Positions 13,791 to 23,809 of a stretch of DNA of 35,719 nucleotides are shown in pieces. Numbering within the stretch: position 1 is the first letter of the stretch; each line of letters opens with the position of its first letter. Origin of the DNA: Octopus sinensis (lineage: Eukaryota). Position numbers and translations under genes: made by a program. The notes under the pieces are model-generated. The model saw only the letters and a program-made list of their open reading frames with translations, did no database searches and was not told where the DNA came from. The stretch lies in NCBI RefSeq assembly GCF_006345805.1, contig NW_021832047.1, positions 1 through 35,719 of the forward strand, in the 5' to 3' direction.

Positions 13791-14639
13791 TATAAGCCTC
13801 GTAGTTATATACACATACTTTGTTATATACACATTCTTAAAAGAAAATGTTATTTTGAACACAACATTTATAAAGAATAAAATATTTTTTGGTTTTTCTT
13901 TAAAACGGATGCATACATTTATTAATAACTATAATAAGTGTCGTCTGTTTATACATAAACACTGTTTCATACTGCAAGCTCGGCTCGCCAATTATACTAC
14001 CAAAATTTAACGACAGAAAGTAAAATAAAAACCAATTTACCTTTTCTGTATTGTTATAGCAATTCGACGTCCGTGTGTCTTTGCAAATGTGTTGGAATGA
14101 TAAGTGAGTTGTGTTTTGGCGCCTTTTGTTACTAATAACAAACACACACGTGTTTGTATGTAGTTGTTTGAAACGTTTGTTTGTCACGTCATATGTATGT
14201 GTATGCGTGTGTGTGAGGAATGACACACACACACACTCACGCACGCACACATGTACATCAATGCTTTCGGAGTGAAATGTTAAAATATTGAGTTTTCTCG
14301 AATTTTGTCTTAATTGGGGGTAAAATTGAAAGAAATTTTGTATGGCATGACCCAATGGAAGTACTTTGAAAAATCATGGGTAAACTCTAATTGAAGAAAT
14401 TGTGTGAGGAGTAAATCGTTATGTATTTATTTGTTTTCTGTTTGCTGTGTTTTTTTTTTTTTTAGTAGTGGTTTAGGTACACTTCTCTCTCGTTTTATCG
14501 AAATAGTTTCACTTTAATCGTTGCAAACTTGCAAAGAGAAAGTCGTAGAAATTAGAGTGATAGCGTGAGTGAATCAGATCGCTCCCTTTTGGTGTGTGTT
14601 GTGTGTGCGTGTGCTATACCCACACTAAGAAAAGCACTT

Positions 14640-14836
14640 GACTTACACACCACAAACGTGAGTTTTCTCTAAATTTTGCTTAATTGGGGTTGAAATTTTA
14701 AAACTGGACCTGGCACGACCCGATGCATTCTACTCTTAAAAATGCTAGGTAAATTGTAATTGAAGAAATCCTATATTGTAGATTTCTATAAGAGACAAAG
14801 GGAGGCAGATAAAATGTGCCTTTTATAATAAGAGAT
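14640..14836 (-). mobile_element. Probable Helitron-like 5' fragment, family 3
   Basis: Ends ttttataataagaga|t (minus strand A|TCTCTTATTATAAAA); 14660-14770 has a diverged paralogue at about 14285-14400. Confidence 0.45.
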
Positions 14837-14873
14837 ATATCTTTTATCTTTTACTGGTTTTAGCCCAGGGCTG

Positions 14874-14993
14874 TGCACGACCACCCTTGGACGGCTTTGA
14901 ATGACCATAGAAAGTGCGAGCCCTCTAGCTGAAAAATTGTGGATTTGTATAAAGGACACACACACACACACAAACCGTTTATATATAGAGAGA
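14874..14993 (-). mobile_element. Helitron-like family 2, 5' portion
   Basis: Matches 13276-13392 and ends ccgtttatatatagaga|t (A|TC terminus on minus strand). Confidence 0.7.
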
Positions 14994-15130
14994 TAATAGT
15001 TCTTGTTTGTTATTCTTTTCTGTATACCTCAGCATGTAGCCTTGACATTTTGGATAACACGAGATTCACTGAGAAGGGGTTCGTGACAAACATTGCCGAT
15101 AAACTTATCGCCCTGAAATATACCTGTTGA

Positions 15131-15294
15131 CAGTCACAATGCGCTTCTCATTGTTTTAACCTTCAAATGACGCCACCCCCTTGGAGCTTTAGGTGTTTTC
15201 CCTCAATAAACACCCACAACGCCCGGTCTGAGAATCGAAACTGCGATCCTACAACCACGAGTCCGCTGCCCTAATCACTGGGCCATTGCGCCTC
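15131..15294 (-). mobile_element. Internally deleted SINE, family B head with tail type 2
   Basis: Head 15183-15294 matches 12675-12786; tail gtcacaatgcgcttctcattgttttaacc matches 15361-15405. Confidence 0.8.
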
Positions 15295-15317
<23 letters not shown>

Positions 15318-15325
<8 letters not shown>

Positions 15326-15586
15326 ATCACGTGACCATCAGATGTTGTTACACATCGCTTGTCACAATGCGTTCGCATTGTTTTAGCCTTCTAATGACGC
15401 CACCCCGCGCTGAAGAAGAGTGGGGAGAAAGAGTGGTGAAAGAGTACAACAGGGGTCACAAAAACCCCCTCGTGGAGCTTTTAGGTGTGTTTCGCTAATA
15501 AACCTCACAACGCCCGGTCTGGGAATCGAAACCGCGATCCTACGATCGCGAGTCCGCTGCCTAACCACTAGGCCATTGCGCTTCCA
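15318..15586 (-). mobile_element. SINE, family B head with tail type 2
   Basis: Head matches 12600-12786; the tail (tcacgtgatcacgtgacc...gacgccaccccg) differs from that of the 12.4-kb copy. Confidence 0.85.
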
Positions 15587-15591
15587 CATAC

Positions 15592-15656
<65 letters not shown>

Positions 15657-15663
15657 ATATATA

Positions 15664-15707
<44 letters not shown>

Positions 15708-15721
15708 TATATATATATATA

Positions 15722-16775
15722 TTTTAACAAAGGCTAACTTCCTCGATGTCACCCCTCGACCTAAAAACCGCACTTTATACCCGTACCACAAACCAAATGA
15801 ATCCCTTAGATAATAGATATCAATTCACAACCACCCCAAAAATATATTAGATACCTAGTAAAAAGTGTCTCAATTAGAATCTCTAGCCTGTCCGCCACGG
15901 AAGATATCTTTAAAGCGCAGCCCCCTATTACAACGAGGGGCCCGGCCCGCGTGGTTTTAAAATATATTACCTACACTAGTATAGCCCCACGCCAACCAGG
16001 AAAAATAGACGAAGACACATTAGCTGGTACCAACCCCCCTTCAACCGTGAGGTCGCTACACCTGTAGCTAAGATCTTTTTTCACTCTCCTACAGAAACAC
16101 TTCCCCACCCAACATAAGTACTACACTATCCTAAATAAGAACACTATTAGACTCTCCTACTCTACCACGCCCAATCTAGCCAGGAACCTAGCCAACAACA
16201 TGTGAAAAACTTAACATATCTACTTTCTCCGGGCCCATCCAACGTCCGATAGCAGTTGCAACTGCCATGATAAAACCACCTGCCCCCTCAACAACAACAA
16301 CTGCCTACAGAGGGACCTAGTATATAAATGCGAGGTAAGATCAGGCCTGGACGATAAAAGTAAATCCTACATTGGAATGACGTCAAACAGCTTTAAGACC
16401 CGCTGGTACGCACATACACACTCGTTCCGGCGACAGGATAAATCCAACCAAACTACCCTCGCCGCCCACATCTGGTACCTTAAAAGGAACTCAATCCCCT
16501 TCACCAAGTGGAAACTACTACAGAAGGCGCGCTCGTACACAGGAGGACATACCTGCTGTGACCTATGCATATCAGAGAGCCTAGAGATCTTGTTCGCCAA
16601 AGGCCTCTCCTTAACAAATTTTCAGAAACACTCCCCTAATTGCATGCATAAGAAGTATGCGAACTACAAGAACTATAGACCTACCCCGGCAACCCTGATT
16701 GATGACCAACCCCCCCCCCAAACCCCCCCCAACCCCACTGTTCCCCTAGCACCCCCGATTAACCTTTTCTCCTAA
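15722..16775 (+). mobile_element. 5'-truncated, frameshifted Penelope-like retroelement: RT C-terminus/thumb, linker and GIY-YIG endonuclease
   Basis: Manual translation gives ANFLDVT, PYHKPNE, HNHP, RRRHISWYQPPFN...KHFP...IRLSYS and, in one frame from 16257, CNCHDKTTCPL...LVYKC...SYIGMTSNSFKTRW...H...LAAHIW...KW...CDLC...E...CMH. These are PLE RT-thumb and GIY-YIG motifs; the fragment starts at a (TA)n tract. Confidence 0.9.
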
Positions 16776-16789
16776 GACCTTTCACATAT

Positions 16790-17484
16790 TGTATGTGCAC
16801 GCTTGTATATGTGTATCGTATGTATGTATATATGTTAGAACTGCATGGGTACAGTAGGAATATACGCATGTATTATGTGTGTGTGTGTGTATGTATGCAT
16901 GTAAAAAAATATATATATATGTATATATGTTTGCATATATGAATATATATGTATATAATATATATATATATGTATGTGCTTGTATGTGTGCGTTGTGTGT
17001 ATATATGTTATGTGTTTGTACGTATATGTGTATATACGTGTAAAATGTATGTGTTTTTGTATTGTATGTATGTATAAATATTATATAATTAGGGCTTAGT
17101 AAAATAAAATAATTACTTTGCCACCTACTAAACTTTGTCTAGAAAAGCAGCCAATAAAGGTTTTTTTTGCCTCTTCCACTACTTAGAGAATTTTTTCCTC
17201 TAACATTGTTTACTCAAAATAATAATGGTCCCTTACATACTGAATTCTTGGTGAATTTGATTAATAACTAATTAACTTTACCCTCCCTTGTTGATATATA
17301 TATGTATGTGTATGTACATGTATGTATATATATGTGTTGTGTGTGTATGTGTGTATGTATGTATTTGTATATGTGTGTGGTGTATATGTATGTGGCGCGC
17401 GTGTGTGTGTATGCATGTGTGTATGTATATTTGTATATTATGTGCATGTGTATGTATATATGTATATATGTATATGTATGTATA

Positions 17485-17522
<38 letters not shown>

Positions 17523-17959
17523 GTATGTATATGTATGTATATATGTGTGTGTAATGTGTATTATGTATGTATTATATATATATATAATTTTTTTATATAT
17601 ATATGTATGTATATGCATCGGTCTGTGTGTTTGTATGTTATAATGTGTATCATTATTGCGTATGTATACATGTATATGTGTATAGGTATGTGTGTGTGTG
17701 TGTGTATATTGTGTATATATATATATTATTATATATGTGGGGGGATATGTGTGTATATATATATATGTGTATGTATATATATGTATATGTATATGTATAT
17801 GTATATATATATGTATGTGTGTATGTGTATATATGTATGTATATGTGTATGATGTCGTGTACACGTATATATTGTGGTGTTTGTGTATATATATATGTTT
17901 TATATGTGAGTATGTAGAGATATAAGTATATGCATGTGTATATGTGTGTGTGTGTATAT

Positions 17960-17992
<33 letters not shown>

Positions 17993-19616
17993 GTAGGGTA
18001 TGTGTATCCGTGTATATATGTATGTGTGTGTGTATGTATATGTATGTATGTGTGGTATATTGTATGTGTATATGTGTATGTGTGTGTATATATGTGGTAT
18101 GTATATATATATATATGTATGTAGGTGTATGTGTATGTGTGGTGTATGTGTGCATGTATGTGTATGTGTATCTGTGTATATATATGTATGTGTATATGTA
18201 TGTATATATTTGTTGTATGTTATATGTATATATATATATAATTATATATATATAATATATATATATGTATATGTATATATGTGTGTGTTTGGTATATATA
18301 TATGTATAATATGAGTGCGCGTGTGTGTATGTATTGCATATATATGTGTATGTATATATGTGTGGAAGTGTGTGCATATATGTATATGTAAGTATGTGCG
18401 CGTGTATGAGTAGTATGTATGCTTGCACACGTGTATATATATGTGTGGGCGTGTGTATATATTTGGATGCGCGTGCGTGCGTGCACGTGTATGGGTACGC
18501 ATGTGTATATGTGTATGTGCGTGTATGTGTATGTATGCATATATGTATGTATGTGTATATGTGTATGTATATATGTGTGTAAGTGTGTGCATATATGTAT
18601 ATGTAAGTATGTGTGCGTGTATGAGTATGTATGTATGCTTGCACACGGTATATATGTGTGTGTGTGTATACAATGGATGCATGTGCGTGTGGGCACGTGT
18701 ATGGGTACGCATGTATATGTGTATGTGCGTGTATGCGTATACGTGTATGTATGTATGTATGTGTGGGCGTATATTTGTATATGTATGTGTGAGTGTGTAT
18801 ATATATATATATATATATCTATTATATATATATATAATATAGATGGGGTGTGTGTATGCGTATAAGTGCATGTAAGTATGGATGTATGGATGTATGTATG
18901 TATGTTTACGTATGTATGTGTTTGTGTGTATATGTATGTAGGTGTGTGTATGTATGTGTGTATATATGTATGTATATATATATATATATATATGTGTGTA
19001 TATATGTTTGGTATGTATATATATGGTATGTATGTGTGTGCTGTATATATATGGGTGTGTGTTGTATGTATGTATGTAATATATATATATATCTATAATG
19101 TAAGATATATATATTATATGTATGTATGTATATATATATATATATGTGTACATGTATGTGTTGGTATATATAATATCTATATATATATATATATAGGTAT
19201 GTATCTGTATTAGGTGTATATATATGTGTGTGGTGTGTGTATGTGTATATGTGTATATATATATTGTATATATATATATATATAGATATTTATTGGTGTA
19301 TATATATAGACTAGCCTCCTAAAGTGTAGACATGAATCTTTAGGTACGAGTACGTATGTGTATATACGTGAACGTATGTAGATGTTTGTATGTATGAATA
19401 TAACGCGTGCGTACGTGTATGTGTATGAGTGTACGAATGGGTGTATGTACGTGCTAATGAGTGTGCGTGCGGGAACGAGTACTTGCCTTCTAGTAGACAG
19501 ACAATTTGGACATGCTGCCCCGCCATCGCCAGGATCCTAGCTCTAGCGATCAAAGATAACAAAAGTAATAAATGAAGATAATAAAATTAAAATTAGGGAA
19601 TGGGCCTGTATTGGAT

Positions 19617-19661
<45 letters not shown>

Positions 19662-19800
19662 TATATATTATGTATATAATATATATATATATGTATGTGT
19701 ATGTGTGTATGTGTAGGTATGTATAGGCACACATGTGTACGTATGTGTGTGTGTATGTATATGTGTTTATGTATGTATGTGCACACATTTTTTTTTTATT
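16790..19800. repeat. Compound (TA)n/(TG)n/(TATG)n low-complexity tract with short unique islands (about 17090-17290 and 19310-19620)
   Basis: Direct reading. Confidence 0.9.
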
Positions 19801-19837
19801 TTTTATTTTTTATTTTTTTATTTTTATTTTTATATTT

Positions 19838-19874
<37 letters not shown>

Positions 19875-20027
19875 TATTTATCTATTCTTTCATCTGACTT
19901 ACCACTGACTCCTGACCACTCCCCAAGTATGATATTTTGCGCTATGCCTACCCCCAAAAAAGTCCCCCACCACCACTCCTTTAAAACCTGCCTAAATGTA
20001 TAAATGCTAATACAATTCTTGTTAAAT

Positions 20028-20076
20028 AGCTTCCTGAAGATTTCTCTTGAATGAAACTACTAGTCCTGTAGAAGCT
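20028..20076 (+). ncRNA. Type I hammerhead ribozyme-like motif, degenerate stem III
   Basis: agcttc-CTGAAGA-tttctcttgaat-GAAA-ctactagtc-CTGT-A-gaagct; stem I agcttc/gaagct. Confidence 0.6.
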
Positions 20077-20163
20077 CCCTTCTATATAATAAATTAATTT
20101 TACTCTGCTATGTATTGAGTACCTTACTTACTGTGGTTAACCCCGATCAACCCGGGACCTACA

Positions 20164-20211
<48 letters not shown>

Positions 20212-20230
20212 TTATTTATTTTATAGAAGG

Positions 20231-20281
20231 AGCTTCTACAGGACTAGAACTGTTTCATTCAAATGAAATCATCAGGAAGCT
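20231..20281 (-). ncRNA. Type I hammerhead ribozyme motif (left arm of the palindrome)
   Basis: Minus strand agcttc-CTGATGA-tttcatttgaat-GAA-ACAG-ttctagtc-CTGT-A-gaagct. Confidence 0.75.
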
Positions 20282-20327
20282 TCCTGATGATTTCATTTGA
20301 AGAAACAGTTCTAGTCCTGTAGAAGCT
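20278..20327 (+). ncRNA. Type I hammerhead ribozyme motif (right arm); predicted GUA cleavage after 20321
   Basis: Stem I agcttc/gaagct (6 bp); CTGATGA at 20284-20290; weak stem II TTC/GAA; GAAA at 20302-20305; stem III ACAG/CTGT with an 8-nt loop. Confidence 0.78.
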
Positions 20328-20627
20328 CCTTCTATAAAATAAATTAATTACTCTGCTATGTATTGAGTACCTTATTTGCTGTGGTTAACCCCGACTCAAC
20401 CCGGGACCTATATCTCTATATATATATATATATACACACACAAACACATGTATATATACGTTTTTTTTTAATTAATAATCGACAAAAGTTACTCAGCAAC
20501 TGCTGAAGGGCGGTGAACGGAGTCAACGAACAAAATTCTCTGCCCTTTACTCATCCTAATTTCTGGTGATTAATAAAAAAAATATCGTATATTCAGGATT
20601 TGAACTCTATTTTCCTGTTTGCATCAT

Positions 20628-20740
20628 CAAACTTACATACATACATGGATATATACACACACATATACATACACATACATACATACATACATACATACAT
20701 ACATACATACATACATACATACATACATACATACATACAT
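20628..20740. repeat. (CATA)n microsatellite, left half of the hAT insertion site
   Basis: Direct reading; continues in phase at 22730. Confidence 0.9.
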
Positions 20741-20904
20741 CAGTGGCGTGCGGTGACTTCCGGGGCTGGGCATGCAATGAATTTCTTTGCCCCCCCGGCA
20801 ATTTTTTATAAAAAAAAATTTTCGAATTCCTACAATTTACATATGGGAGATTCTGAATATGCAATCACCCCCGTATGACATAGAATAAAAAAAAAACGTC
20901 ACCC

Positions 20905-21128
20905 TGGTACTATTTAAGAAGAGTGGTCCCGTTGCGCGCGCTCGCGCATCCGTGCTGGCTAGTCGTGACTAGTCCATCCTACGACTATCTAGCAAAGTAA
21001 ATAAATTTTTTAAACAAAATATATAAAACACAAAGTAAATAAAACACAAAGTAAGGATCGACTAGTCACAACTAGCTGGCGTGGATGCTCGGGTGCGCAC
21101 ACCGGGACCACTCTTCTTAATAGTACCA
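20905..21128. mobile_element. MITE-like foldback with about 75-bp imperfect inverted arms and an AT-rich centre
   Basis: tggtactat(t)taagaagagtggtcccg...ctagtccatcc (20905-20979) pairs with ggatcgactag...cgggaccactcttcttaatagtacca (21055-21128). Confidence 0.75.
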
Positions 21129-21344
21129 TGATTTTAAATTGTTTGCAATACTCTCATCAAATTGTTGAATTTGAAAGTTCCATGAATTTAAACTCTACTA
21201 AGGATGAAAATCGTGCTTTTATTTGGTCAACTATTGTACTGATAATTTTGTTATAAAGCATATTATAATGGCGTTGGGGCTCAATAGATATATTCTTGGA
21301 TCTCTGAATTCCGATTCCTGCATCGACTCCATATCCCCCCCACC

Positions 21345-21690
21345 CCGGGTTCAGTCCCACTGCGTGGCACCTTGGGCAAGTGTCTTCTACTATAGTCTCG
21401 GGCCGACCAAAGCCTTGTGAGTGGATTTGGTAGACGGAAACTGAAAGAAGCCCGTCGTATTTATGTATATATAGTGTGTGTGTGGTTGTGCGTCTGTGTT
21501 TGTCCCCCTAGCATTGCGTGGCAACCGATGCTGTGGTTTATGTCCCCGTTACTTAGCGGTTTCGGCAAAGAGACCGATAAATAATACTGGGCTTACAAAA
21601 GAATAAGTCCATGGTCGAGTTGCTCGATAAAAGGCTGTGCTCCAGCATGGCCGCAGTCGAATGACTGAAACCAGTAAAAGAGTAAAGAGA
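21345..21690 (+). mobile_element. SINE family A, 5'-truncated, nested in the hAT element
   Basis: Colinear with 25357-25725. Confidence 0.9.
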
Positions 21691-22729
21691 TTGAAAAATT
21701 ATCAAGTTTGTTTTCGAGTACAGTTCTAGTTTTATCTATTTGATCTTTACAATACACTATGTCATGACTTTACTCTGGAGGATGTTAAATAAGAAAAAAA
21801 TCTCACTGAATACTTCTAACAAAAATAAGAAATCAGGAGCTTTTAAAGGTGTGAATCCAATTGCTGAATTTATGGTGGTATCATCCATGCTTCAGGATTT
21901 TTCAATGATGTGCTCAAAAAGGCTGATTATGAATTATAATTTTTCTTTGTGGTAATAATAAGCCGTGAGGAGTAATTCCATTGCTGTTGACTTCGGAAAT
22001 CGTTTTTTTAACAATGTTATCTAATGCATTGGCCCTTTTCGGTGTTGGTCTCCCACCATTTATAATTAATTATTTTCCCTCGAATTCTCCTTTCGAAAAA
22101 CTATTTCTCAAAATATCGTTTATAACACACATTTCGTAAAAGGCTGTTTTTATATACGAACACACGTGGAAGCGCCGGCGTAAATTGTAAGTCAATTTCA
22201 ACAAAACAGAAAGATACAGAAAGAGGGTATCATGCGGTCAGCTCATAGCATGACATGCCACTGAAGAAAGAGGAAGGGGGTAACAAAATATTATGAGACC
22301 TTTCCTCTAGCATCTGTTTTATCAATTCACTAAGAGAGAGAGAGGAAGGAGGGACAAACTAAGAGACAGAGAGGGAGGTCATGCGGGTCTCCCCACAGCA
22401 TGATGATCCACTAAGAGAAAGTGGAAGGGGGTAAAAATATTTCAAATGCCCTATCCTCTTAGCATGTCTTTTAAACAGTCACTAAGAGAGAGAGAGAGAG
22501 AGAGGAAGGGACTGAGATAGAAAGGGAGTGTCTGAAATGCTGGTCTTGTCAATGCATGACTTCTAAAAGCAGAAAGAGAGTCACTGAGAGGGAAGGGGAG
22601 ACAAAATACAACTGGACGGATTTTTCTTTGAAACAAAGTAACTATTTTATCTAATTTTCCGATTATATGGATAAAAAAATCACAGGGCATGCAACGCATA
22701 CCTTGCATACCTGAGAGTGCACACCCCTG

Positions 22730-22910
22730 ACATACATACATACATACACTCATACATACATAAATGCATACGTACATACATATATACATATATACGTACA
22801 TACATCCATCCATCCATACATACATACATACATGCATACATACGTACGTACGTACGTACGTATGTACGTATATATGCATGTATGTACGTATATATGCATG
22901 TATGTATGAA
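22730..22910. repeat. (CATA)n switching to (TATG)n through a (CGTA)n core
   Basis: Direct reading. Confidence 0.85.
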
Positions 22911-23168
22911 TCTGTTTATCAGAAAAACAAAATTAAAAAATGGAGCATTTCCTAGAGAAGATAGTGAGTAAGTGTCACGAAAAGCATGAGCCATAGAAGG
23001 GATTGACGATGTCAAAAGCTTGGCATGGAGTTTATCCCACTGCAGAAGGTACCTCCGTGCAATTCAAGTACAAGAACTTCCCTCCAAAGTTACACTTGGA
23101 ACCTTCGGTTTTGAATTTGAGTTAGCGACTGAAAGGAATAAATTATATTTAAGAGATGAGGAATTTAG

Positions 23169-23310
23169 TACATTATTTACATTTGGCGGATATTTGTCCT
23201 CATCTTTTTTGTTGTTTACACAACATTTCGGCTGACATACTCTCGAACCTTCTTCAGATGTCTTGAGGAAATTTCGAACCAGGATTCTCATTCCCAAGGG
23301 TTTTTTCGAT
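23169..23310 (-). mobile_element. Hammerhead-bearing tail of the tRNA-(TAA)n-hammerhead element, inverted copy
   Basis: Reverse complement aligns along its length with 23852-23993. Confidence 0.85.
23217..23262 (-). ncRNA. Minimal type I hammerhead ribozyme-like motif, weakened copy
   Basis: Minus strand gacat-CTGAAGA-A-GGTT-cgagagtatgtc-AGCC-GAAA-TGTT-gtgta; several changes relative to the plus copy become G-U pairs. Confidence 0.65.
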
Positions 23311-23315
23311 ATTAC

Positions 23316-23380
<65 letters not shown>
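23311..23380. repeat. (TTA)n microsatellite
   Basis: Direct reading. Confidence 0.95.
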
Positions 23381-23383
<3 letters not shown>

Positions 23384-23566
23384 TCAGTAGTTTTATTCTT
23401 ATAGCGTGCTTTCACTTCACTACCGAGCGCAGCTGTTGTGATGCTCTGATGGTTATTGTATGGAAAGTGTTCTGCGTAGGATGTGTGCAGTGCCTAGTAG
23501 TGCAATTTTTCTGTATGTTATATGTGTTTGTCAACTCCTGGGGTTTTTGTTATGTATTTGTCTGAA
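23381..23566 (-). mobile_element. 3'-terminal fragment of an RLE-type non-LTR retrotransposon (R4/Dong-like) within (TAA)n
   Basis: Minus strand encodes IQK-(1-nt slip)-IALLGTAHILRRTLSIQ* (stop 23453-23455), the typical C-terminal motif of R4/Dong-type ORFs, followed by a short 3' UTR; TAA repeats flank both sides. Confidence 0.75.
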
Positions 23567-23578
23567 TATTATTATTAA

Positions 23579-23676
<98 letters not shown>
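23567..23676. repeat. (TTA)n microsatellite
   Basis: Direct reading. Confidence 0.95.
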
Positions 23677-23687
23677 CATATGCCCAC

Positions 23688-23778
23688 GGGCATATGGCAT
23701 AATGATTAAGGGCACGGGCTTACTAACCCCAGATTCCGAGTTCGATTTTAGGCTGTGACCTGAAAAAAATAATAATAA

Positions 23779-23809
<31 letters not shown>

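Larger units (their letters stand above)
20028..20415 (+). mobile_element. PLE pseudo-LTR cluster: direct units at 20028-20165 and 20278-20415 plus an inverted partial unit at 20214-20281
   Basis: Both direct units read agcttcCTGAWGA...gaagctcc.ttctata...ctctgctatgtattgagtacc...cccgggacct then (TA)n. Tandem plus inverted pLTRs with hammerheads are the established PLE architecture. Confidence 0.8.
20741..22729 (-). mobile_element. Decayed hAT-superfamily DNA transposon with nested insertions
   Basis: Imperfect TIRs cagtggcgtgcg / tgcacacccctg (9 of 12 match); 8-bp flanks acatacat at 20733-20740 and 22730-22737. Minus-strand remnants KRANALDNIV, WNYSSRL, DFLFLLEVFSEIF, NILQSK and LYNKIISTIVDQIKARFSSL resemble hAT transposase. 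Confidence 0.75.

Noticed and set aside
17088-17293. Unique island as a DNA-transposon end
   Set aside because: No partner TIR, TSD or second copy in the window.
17268-19213. Y/I/H/T- and C/V/M-rich ORFs
   Set aside because: Translations of TA/TG microsatellite.
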